DNA of 42,415 nt, from assembly GCA_030765605.1 (NCBI GenBank), contig JAVCCG010000061.1, positions 1 to 42,415 on the forward strand, in the 5' to 3' direction. A program made the position numbers and the translations under genes. This DNA is from Candidatus Alcyoniella australis (GTDB taxonomy: Bacteria; Lernaellota; Lernaellaia; JAVCCG01; Alcyoniellaceae). This document shows positions 1-6,657 of the stretch, in pieces; positions within the stretch are counted from its first letter, which is position 1; each line of letters begins with the position of its first letter. The notes under the pieces were generated by a model. It was not told the origin of the DNA, made no database searches, and was given only the letters and a program-made list of their open reading frames with translations.

Positions 1-304
1 ATCCGTCGGCGGCCAGCACGCGATGGCAAGGCACGAGCACCGGCAGCGGGTTGCGCCCCAGTGCGCCGCCCACCGCCCTGGCCGCTTGGGGCCTGCCCAG
101 GTCGCGGGCGATGTCGCCGTAGGTAGTTGTTGCGCCGTAGGGGATCCGCCGCGTGCGTTGCAACACGGCCGCACTGAACTCTCCGAGGCGATTAAGGTCG
201 ACCCGATAGTGCGACAGCTCGGGATTGCTCCCGCAAAAATAGGCGACCAAGTCCTCCACGAGCGGATGCCCGTGCTGGTCAAGTTCTACTTTTGGCAGGG
301 CCAC
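1..304 (-). CDS. ogt: Methylated-DNA--protein-cysteine methyltransferase (Ogt/MGMT). Partial: the C-terminus runs off the window edge. A GTG start near 304 is tentative.
   Basis: Minus-strand translation of 1-380 gives ...RVDLNRLGEFSAAVLQRTRRIPYGATTTYGDIARDLGRPQAARAVGGALGRNPLPVLVPCHRVLAADG. PCHRV is the MGMT active-site motif. TYGDIA and AARAVGxAxxxNP are the MGMT helix-turn-helix signature. No in-frame ATG was found; the frame stays open up to about 439, so GTG at 304 is a guess. Confidence 0.6.
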   Translation of the reverse strand, partial: MALPKVELDQHGHPLVEDLVAYFCGSNPELSHYRVDLNRLGEFSAAVLQRTRRIPYGATTTYGDIARDLGRPQAARAVGGALGRNPLPVLVPCHRVLAADG

Positions 305-434
305 CTCCAGCGCGATACGCGCCGCGCGCCTGGTGCGGCAGGGCAGGACGATCCGGATTATCAGTTCGCCGCGCCACGCTGCTGCGGCGAAGCCCAGGGC
401 CGTGGGAAAAACAACGGCCCGGGCGGGTGCGCGA

Positions 435-719
435 TCAATCGGCGTCGTCGTCGTCGAAATCGGCGTCGCTGGCCGAATCCGCAGCGTCGCTATCGTCGTC
501 ATCGGAATCGTCGCTCTCGACTTCCGGCAGCGGCTCCTCGGTGAACCTGACTTCCCTGATGCGCGAGGCGAACAATCTCTCTTCGGGGCTCGGCGCTTCG
601 ACCTGGTCCGCGACGCACTTCGGGCAGACCTTGTCTGGTCGGCCCAGGTCGTAGAACTTGCAGCCACACTTGTAGCATTCGTGGCGCTCGCCGTACTCGG
701 GATGGACCGGGTGAATCAT
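435..719 (-). CDS. FYDLN_acid family (TIGR02300-like) zinc-ribbon protein with an acidic C-terminal tail
   Basis: CYKCGCKFYDLG...CPKC is two CxxC pairs flanking the FYDL(N/G) motif. The C-terminus ESDDSDDDDSDAADSASDADFDDDDAD is acidic. ATG at 719 has a GGAGG 5 nt upstream on the minus strand; the track ORF 435..767 extends the N-terminus without an RBS. Confidence 0.7.
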   Translation of the reverse strand: MIHPVHPEYGERHECYKCGCKFYDLGRPDKVCPKCVADQVEAPSPEERLFASRIREVRFTEEPLPEVESDDSDDDDSDAADSASDADFDDDDAD

Positions 720-802
720 GCTTTCCTCCAAGATTCCTCTCCTCATAGAGGAGCGGGAAACTACCAAAAAGCGGATCGGCTGTCTATAAGTTACTCAGCC
801 GG

Positions 803-1687
803 TCAGTTCTTTTCCAGGTTGGCCAGATCAAAACGGTAGTAAAGCCCGGCCTGGGCAAACCAGTTGGCCGCACGATCTCCCTTATGAATCCGGCGGTTGT
901 GCTTATCATAGATGTCGAACTCGTTAAAGACGATCGCCCCGGCCTCGATGCCGAAAAACAGGTCGGCAACAATCCGCACGTCGAGAATCGGTCCCAGGCG
1001 CAGCTCGCGGCGATGGATGCGCGAGCCATCGAACGGCTGATCCTCGCTGAGCCGAAACGAGTAGCCGCGCAAGCAGCCGCGAATGCCGGGCCAGAAACGG
1101 TCGTTGATCGCAAAGCGGAAGTGGAAGCGATCGGGGATCATCAGGCTGAGCTGGACGTCCTTTGTCGGACGCCAATCGAAGCCCAGGATCGGCACCGGGC
1201 TGGGCGCCTCGTACTGGTCGGTGTACCCGCCGCCGAACATCAGGCTCAGTTCCTTGCTGTAGCTAAACAGGGCCACGCCGTAGCCGCGGAAGTAGAAGTC
1301 CTCGATCGAGATGTCGCGAAAGTCGCTGGCGATCCCCGGGTCGAAGCGCACCAGCAGCTTCCAGCGCTGGTTCAGATCAAGCAGCGTGCCCACCGAGAAC
1401 ATGGTCATCTGCAGCTGGTCCGGAAGCTGATTTCGAGAGATACGCTGGGACTGGTTGTGCCAATCGTAGTCGCGCAGCTCGTAGACCGCGCCCAGTGTGA
1501 TGAACTTGATCGGCAGGAACAGGAACGCGTCGAGCCCCTGGCTGTGGGCCTCGAGGTCGGTGTCGTAAAACGTGTCGCGGCCCAGCGTGAAGTAGTCGAC
1601 GTAGACGATGTCCAGCGCCACGGCCGGCATTGCGATCGAAATTAAAAGCGCGGCCGCGATTGCCGCGAACAGCATCTTGTGGTGCAC
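803..1687 (-). CDS. Putative secreted or outer-membrane protein (hypothetical)
   Basis: Track ORF 803..1756. An internal start gives a signal-peptide-like N-terminus, (V)HHKMLFAAIAAALLISIAMPAVALD. A GTG at 1687 is preceded by GGGAGGGG. Alternating aromatic-rich strands suggest a beta-rich protein. No family was recognised. Confidence 0.4.
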   Translation of the reverse strand: MHHKMLFAAIAAALLISIAMPAVALDIVYVDYFTLGRDTFYDTDLEAHSQGLDAFLFLPIKFITLGAVYELRDYDWHNQSQRISRNQLPDQLQMTMFSVGTLLDLNQRWKLLVRFDPGIASDFRDISIEDFYFRGYGVALFSYSKELSLMFGGGYTDQYEAPSPVPILGFDWRPTKDVQLSLMIPDRFHFRFAINDRFWPGIRGCLRGYSFRLSEDQPFDGSRIHRRELRLGPILDVRIVADLFFGIEAGAIVFNEFDIYDKHNRRIHKGDRAANWFAQAGLYYRFDLANLEKN

Positions 1688-1762
1688 TGCGCCCCTCCCG
1701 AATGCTTTTCTACGATGCTGGGGGCGTATTCTACACGGGGCGGCTATCAGCGCCAACCACCG

Positions 1763-2887
1763 TCAATTTTCAGCGACAGCGGCGTTGATCCGCGGCGAAA
1801 CAGCGGCCGCCAACTGCTGGGCGACCAGGATATTTCCCATGCGCGAAAGATGGCCGTTTTTCGGGAACAGGTAGGTCTGGTCCATCTCAAAACGGCTAAA
1901 CTCATCAAAGGTATCGACTAGCTCCACGCCCTGCTCCGCGCACAGTCGCGCGAAATATTCGCGTACCCCGGGCATGTTGGTCTTGCCCGGCAGTAGCACC
2001 AGCAACGCAATCTGCTGCTCGCGGCACAGCGCCACCGTGGCCGCGAAGATCTCGGCGTAGCGCTGCTCGTGCTGCTCGCGCTGGGCCAGCTCAAAGTTGA
2101 AGTAGCGCGTCATGTGATCATCGCCGCGCTGTTGCTGCGCCTGGCGCGCCTGGCGTACGCGCAGCTCGCGCACCCGGACCCGCACCAGGTCGAGCAGCTC
2201 GCGCACGCCGCGATAGAGCGCGGAGCGCGCCAGCAACGCACGGTGCACGCAGCGCGGGCCCAGCGAGCGACCGTCGGGCAAGGGCTTGGCGCAGTACTGG
2301 CCGCCGCGGCAAAACCCCTGACGCATGAAGTCGTACATCCCGTATAGATCGTTGGCCAACACCTGGAGCACGACCAGGTCGGGCTTTGACGCGCTGCCGC
2401 GCTGGGCGATCAACGAGAACTCGTCGCAGATCGTGTAGCCGGACACCCCGGCGTTGAGCGCCTCGACGATAAGGCGGCCCTCGAGCTGTTTATTGAGCCG
2501 GGTCTCGAGCTGTCCGGGAAAGGTGTCGTCGTTGCCCACGTACGGTCCGTAGGTGAACGAGTCGCCCACGCACAGCACGCGGTACACGCCCGTGGGCTTG
2601 GGCAGCTCCACATCGGTTGCGCGCCGCAATCCCTGGGAGTTGGTCTGCTCGCGAAACGGGAAGTTGCGGTCCATCAGCGAGATCTCGTCCACGTTGAGCC
2701 GCAGGTCGCCCAGCAACGTCACATCGGCCGCGGATCGCTCGGGGCACGGCTCGTAGGGCGAGCTGTAGAGCAACGTGCGGCAGACGATCTCACCCGCGAA
2801 CACAAACAGCAGCAGCGCGACCAGGGCAAAGGCCAAGCGCCTGGTCAGTGAGATCTTCAATGTTCGTTCGTTATCTTCGGGCGACAC
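1763..2887 (-). CDS. SGNH/GDSL-family hydrolase with an N-terminal membrane anchor
   Basis: N-terminal TM helix LAFALVALLLFVFAG. GDSL block VLCVGDSFTYGPYVG. The start codon is GTG (the complement of cac at 2885-2887). Confidence 0.55.
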   Translation of the reverse strand: MSPEDNERTLKISLTRRLAFALVALLLFVFAGEIVCRTLLYSSPYEPCPERSAADVTLLGDLRLNVDEISLMDRNFPFREQTNSQGLRRATDVELPKPTGVYRVLCVGDSFTYGPYVGNDDTFPGQLETRLNKQLEGRLIVEALNAGVSGYTICDEFSLIAQRGSASKPDLVVLQVLANDLYGMYDFMRQGFCRGGQYCAKPLPDGRSLGPRCVHRALLARSALYRGVRELLDLVRVRVRELRVRQARQAQQQRGDDHMTRYFNFELAQREQHEQRYAEIFAATVALCREQQIALLVLLPGKTNMPGVREYFARLCAEQGVELVDTFDEFSRFEMDQTYLFPKNGHLSRMGNILVAQQLAAAVSPRINAAVAEN

Positions 2888-2903
2888 CCTCGCTCCGCAA
2901 CGC

Positions 2904-2931
2904 TAGCCTGGATCATGAATGATCCAGGCTA
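2904..2931. promoter_or_regulatory. Perfect palindrome TAGCCTGGATCATGAATGATCCAGGCTA (12-bp arms, 2-bp spacer). Member of the recurring intergenic motif family. Candidate operator or hairpin.
   Basis: Read directly from the sequence. AGCCTGGATCAT / ATGATCCAGGCT are exact reverse complements. Located in the 41-nt gap between the SPFH gene stop (2929) and the SGNH gene start (2887). Confidence 0.5.
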
Positions 2932-4077
2932 AAACTTATGGCCGCAGTTGAAGCAGAACTTGGACCCCTTGTCCAACGGCGCGTTGCAGCTCGGGCAGTT
3001 CTCCGGCGGCGCGGTCTCGGCCGGGTCCTGCCCGCTCAAGGGCTTGCCGCAGTTGGGGCAGAACTTGGATCCGCCGGGCACCGGCTGCGAGCACGATGGG
3101 CAATTTTCAGTAAGCGGCTTGCCGCAACTGGGGCAGAACTTGGAGTTGGCCGGGGCCTGGCCCTTGCAGTGCGGGCAGATCACCAGCGGTGCGGCCTGAC
3201 CCTGCGCGCCCTGCTGCATCGCGCCCATCACCATTCCGGGAATCATCATTCCCATTCCAGCTCCCACGCCCAGGCCCATGCCCGCGCCCGCGGTTCCGCC
3301 TTCGCCACCCGCGCCGCCGCCCGTACCCTCGGCAGCCTTCTCCATGGCCTTGGCGGCCTTGAACTGCATGAAGCGGCCCATGTCGCCCACCGCGCCCATG
3401 CCCGCTCGCTCGTCGATCATCTTTTGCACTTCGGCCGGCGGAGTGATCGCGTTGATGAAGAAGTCGAGCAGCTCCAGTCCGTACTTGCTGAAGTCGTCGC
3501 GCAGGCGCGATTTGGAGGCCACGCCCAGCTCGTCGTAGAGCGCGGCGAGGTTGAAGATCGTGTCCACGTTCTCGCCCAAAATATCGTTGAGGCGCGAGAC
3601 GATCACGTCCTTAAGGTAGTTGTCCACATCCAGGCTCGAGTACGCGCCGCGGGTGCCCACCAGATCGTTGATCAGCAGCAGCGGATCAGCGACGCGCATG
3701 GTGTAGGCGCCGAAAGCGCGCAAGCGCACCATGCCCAACTCCGAGTCGCGGAACGGCACCGGCTCCTTGGTGCCCCACTTGAGGTTGGTGTAGACCTTCA
3801 TGTTGATGAAGTAGATTTCGATGCGGAACGGCGACTTGTTGTCGAACGGCACGCCGATCAGCTTGGCCAGCAGCGGCACGTTGAGCGTGCTCAGGGTGTG
3901 GCGTCCCGCTCCCAAGATGTCGAGGGCCTTGCCGTCGCGGAAGAACACAGCGGCCTGATTCTCGCGCACCACCAACTGGCTGCCCACGCGGGTCTCGGCG
4001 CTGCCCGACTCGGGAATGCGGTGGACAATTTCCTCTCCGCTCTCGTCGAAGTACTCGATAACGTCAAGCATCTTCAT
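2929..4077 (-). CDS. SPFH/band-7 (stomatin/prohibitin-like, COG4260-type) protein with four tandem C-terminal zinc-ribbon repeats
   Basis: The N-terminus MKMLDVIEYFDESGEEIVHRIP...VVRENQAAVFFRDGKALDILGAGRHTL is typical of the COG4260 SPFH family. A Gly/Ala/Met-rich linker follows. Then come four repeats of CPxC-x7-SKFCPxCGKPL. AAGGAG sits 10 nt upstream of the ATG at 4077. Confidence 0.75.
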   Translation of the reverse strand: MKMLDVIEYFDESGEEIVHRIPESGSAETRVGSQLVVRENQAAVFFRDGKALDILGAGRHTLSTLNVPLLAKLIGVPFDNKSPFRIEIYFINMKVYTNLKWGTKEPVPFRDSELGMVRLRAFGAYTMRVADPLLLINDLVGTRGAYSSLDVDNYLKDVIVSRLNDILGENVDTIFNLAALYDELGVASKSRLRDDFSKYGLELLDFFINAITPPAEVQKMIDERAGMGAVGDMGRFMQFKAAKAMEKAAEGTGGGAGGEGGTAGAGMGLGVGAGMGMMIPGMVMGAMQQGAQGQAAPLVICPHCKGQAPANSKFCPSCGKPLTENCPSCSQPVPGGSKFCPNCGKPLSGQDPAETAPPENCPSCNAPLDKGSKFCFNCGHKF

Positions 4078-4111
4078 CAGTCAACGTCTCCTTGGAAGAG
4101 TGTGCATCGCA

Positions 4112-4140
4112 GTAGAACCCTCATGAATCATCCAGGCTAG
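4112..4140 (+). repeat. Intergenic motif copy GTAGAACCCTCATGAATCATCCAGGCTAG
   Basis: Seen in the sequence. Overlaps the stop codon (cta at 4137-4139) of the upstream minus-strand gene. Lies 35 nt upstream of the SPFH ATG. Matches the copies at 35435, 4832 and 4677 (inverted) and the palindrome at 2904. Confidence 0.6.
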
Positions 4141-4661
4141 ATCTGGTTGAACGAGTCTTTGCGCAAACCCGCGAACTGTTCGAGCCTGTCGATCGATCCG
4201 TCGAACTCATGGATCCGATTCTTGATCTCCGGGTCGGGCAGATCGGCCTTGGCCCAGGCGTCGGCCTCGAGCACGAGCTGCTCGACCAAGTCGAGGATCT
4301 TGCGGTCGTAATCGTAGAGCGCGGCAAGCTGGGGCTCCTTGATCTTCTGCGGATCAAAGTAGCCCGAATAGCCGTAGGCCGCGAAACGGTGCGTGTCGCG
4401 TACGCGATCGAGCTTGCGCGTCAGCTTGTCCAGCAGGTCGAGCATGCTCAGCTTGCCCGACTCGACACGCTCGGATTTGATGCGCTCCAGCGCGTTCTTG
4501 ACCGCGTTGATGCGGCCCACAGTGTGCTCGCGCAGCAGCTTGTCCGCGTCGCGGAACTTCTCCTTGGCGCGATATCCGCGCAGCACGGGGATCGAGTCGG
4601 CCAACTCCTCGAATTTCTCGGCCCAACCCGTGGCCTGCACCGGACCGCTCGCATCGCTCAT
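4137..4661 (-). CDS. Hypothetical protein, possibly co-transcribed with the downstream SPFH gene
   Basis: Track ORF 4137..4685. The second ATG at 4661 (MSDASGPVQ...) has a GGAGG 5 nt upstream. The first ATG at 4685 lies inside the repeat motif and has no RBS. Predicted helical/coiled-coil. No family was recognised. Confidence 0.5.
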   Translation of the reverse strand: MSDASGPVQATGWAEKFEELADSIPVLRGYRAKEKFRDADKLLREHTVGRINAVKNALERIKSERVESGKLSMLDLLDKLTRKLDRVRDTHRFAAYGYSGYFDPQKIKEPQLAALYDYDRKILDLVEQLVLEADAWAKADLPDPEIKNRIHEFDGSIDRLEQFAGLRKDSFNQI

Positions 4662-4676
4662 CGCCGCCTCCAGACT

Positions 4677-4704
4677 AGCCCGCATTATTCATGAGGCTTC
4701 TACT
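4677..4704 (-). repeat. Intergenic motif copy in inverted orientation. Left arm of a 20-bp perfect inverted repeat.
   Basis: The plus strand reads agcccgcattattcatgaggcttctac. Its reverse complement is GTAGAAGCCTCATGAATAATGCGGGCT. Confidence 0.6.
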
Positions 4705-4831
4705 GCGGCGCACAATCTGCTCTCAACAACAGCGTCATCCTCGCCGATCCGTGCTCGACGTACTGCAGGGAGTACGCCTGCGCAGTATCGGCTCGTCTTC
4801 CTTGTTCTTGCGGCATCTTGCACGCCTCGCT

Positions 4832-4858
4832 ACGAACCCTCATGAATAATGCGGGCTG
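4832..4858 (+). repeat. Intergenic motif copy. Right arm of the 20-bp perfect inverted repeat.
   Basis: ACGAACCCTCATGAATAATGCGGGCT. The 20 nt cctcatgaataatgcgggct (4838-4857) are the exact reverse complement of 4677-4696. Confidence 0.6.
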
Positions 4859-4953
4859 ATTGTGTATATTCGCCAAGCTACCTGCCCCGCCCCACGTTGG
4901 TCAAGGTTCGCGGCGCATAGCCCCTTATCGACAATATGTCCGTGGAGATTAGT

Positions 4954-6483
4954 TTATTCAACCAATGACAATAATTCTTCACGTGCTTGCGATTGATCGA
5001 TACGCCACAGCTCGATTGCCAGGCCCGCGTCCTGAAAAACCAGCCGCTGTTCAAAGCGCAGATCGCCCACTGGCAGTCGCTGCTGATACGCGCGAAAGGC
5101 CGCGTGGTCCGTGGTGTCAAAGGCCGAGCCGGGCCGCACCTCAATACGGATCACGCTCTTGGCCTCAATGCGGGACGCTGCCGCGGCCAGGGTCGTGTCG
5201 CCCTGGAAAAACGCGTCGTCAACAACAATCAATCCTGGATCCAGATCTTGACGCAGGGCGTAAATCCGCAACAGGTCGGGCGACAGCTCGCTGAACGTGC
5301 CCGCCGCCAGCACGGGCTGTGGCCCGTCGATCCAGCCCACGGCCTGCTGAGCCGCCACGCGCACGACCTGCCGCGGGCTGTCAAGCTGATGCTCGGCCAT
5401 CGCCTGGATATAGGTTGTGAAATGCCGCATTGGCGCAACAATCGAGAGCACCAGCAGCAGGGCTATCGTGCATTGCACAACGCGCGCCCTGGAAAGCGAG
5501 AACAGCGCAGCCCAGCCCATTGCGGCCAGGGCCGGAACCAGCATCAGGAACGGAAAGGCGAAACGCGGATGATGATAAGGGTGCAGCGTACAGGCGATCA
5601 GCCCCACTGCCGCAAAGATTGTTAATTGTCGCGCGCGTCTGTTCCACACGGCCCACACCGCGCCCACCAGCGCCAGCAGGCCGGGCACTATCGAGAACGT
5701 ATAGAACGAACGCCAGGCGCGGGCGTAGAACAGCAGTCCGCTGCCATCGGCCTCCGACGTGCGGTTGCGCAGAAACTGCGCCGCGCTGATCAGCTTTTCC
5801 GGGAACGGATAGGCGAACCAGACGATCGATGCCAGTACGCTTGGCAGCGCCAAAATCAACAGTCCGCGCAATCGACGCTGTCGCAATCGGCCGTCGCACA
5901 GCACGCACAACGCTGCGCTGCAAAGGGCGATCAGACCGTAGTTGTACTTGAGCATCAACAGCGCGGCACAGGCCAGGCCCGCGGCCCACAGGTGCGGCTC
6001 GCTTTGCCGATCATCAGCATCACCGCTGAGCAACAGCACGATCAGGCATGTCAGCGCCCACGACGGAACCTCGAGCATGGCCCGCAGGCTGTAATCCACG
6101 AAGTACGGGCTGCAACAGGCGATCACCACGGCCCAGGCCCCCAGGGCCGCGCTGTTCTTGATACCGCTACGCAGCACGATCATGTAGCTCAGCGCCAGTC
6201 CCAGAAGCGCCATGGCGAACGCGCAGAGCCGCGCGCCGCAAATCGGATCGGAGCTAAAAGCGCCGGGCAGCAACAGCAGCGTGGAGAGCGGCGGCCAGGT
6301 TTGATAATTCCAGACCACGTCCAGGGCGTGGCCGCATGCGCCGCGTTCGAGCGCATCGCCGATTTCCAACGCCCGATAGATCAGCGTGGCCTCGTCCCAG
6401 TCCGGCGCAGGCAACAGATCGAGCAGGGTCAGCGGCGCCAGAGCCGTGGGGATCAGCAGTAAGATAAGGGCTGCAAATCGCAA
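4954..6483 (-). CDS. Polytopic membrane protein, GT-C fold (ArnT/PMT-like glycosyltransferase family 39/83 candidate)
   Basis: About ten predicted TM helices. An early periplasmic loop carries the DE motif (PDWDEATLIYRA), as in ArnT/PMT enzymes. A C-terminal soluble domain follows. Confidence 0.45.
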   Translation of the reverse strand: MRFAALILLLIPTALAPLTLLDLLPAPDWDEATLIYRALEIGDALERGACGHALDVVWNYQTWPPLSTLLLLPGAFSSDPICGARLCAFAMALLGLALSYMIVLRSGIKNSAALGAWAVVIACCSPYFVDYSLRAMLEVPSWALTCLIVLLLSGDADDRQSEPHLWAAGLACAALLMLKYNYGLIALCSAALCVLCDGRLRQRRLRGLLILALPSVLASIVWFAYPFPEKLISAAQFLRNRTSEADGSGLLFYARAWRSFYTFSIVPGLLALVGAVWAVWNRRARQLTIFAAVGLIACTLHPYHHPRFAFPFLMLVPALAAMGWAALFSLSRARVVQCTIALLLVLSIVAPMRHFTTYIQAMAEHQLDSPRQVVRVAAQQAVGWIDGPQPVLAAGTFSELSPDLLRIYALRQDLDPGLIVVDDAFFQGDTTLAAAASRIEAKSVIRIEVRPGSAFDTTDHAAFRAYQQRLPVGDLRFEQRLVFQDAGLAIELWRIDQSQAREELLSLVE

Positions 6484-6657
6484 TTGTGCGATCCTATTGA
6501 GTGTGAATCAACGTCGAATACACCTGAATGCAGCATATATACGGGACGCGATCCTGACAAGCCGACTGAGGTTGCCGCTGCCGGGGTCGATGACAATCGA
6601 TCAAGAGAATTGGTAGATTATGATGATCGATCATTCTTCGTTCGCCCCGGAGGTCCG

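Noticed and set aside
4112-4140. Reading the recurring motif as an ECF-sigma promoter (GAACCC as the -35 element)
   Set aside because: Motif orientation is consistent with downstream transcription at only 2 of 4 oriented copies, and no convincing -10 element lies at the right spacing. It is kept as unexplained, not as a promoter.
4662-4685. First ATG (4685) of the hypothetical gene preceding the SPFH gene
   Set aside because: It lies inside the conserved repeat motif and has no Shine-Dalgarno. ATG 4661 has GGAGG at optimal spacing.
6484-6657. N-terminal extension of the GH5 lipoprotein ORF (the track start at 6484)
   Set aside because: There is no RBS at 6484. The extension lacks a signal peptide, whereas ATG 6658 has GGAGG plus a canonical signal peptide/lipobox. 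6484-6657 is treated as the intergenic/promoter region.
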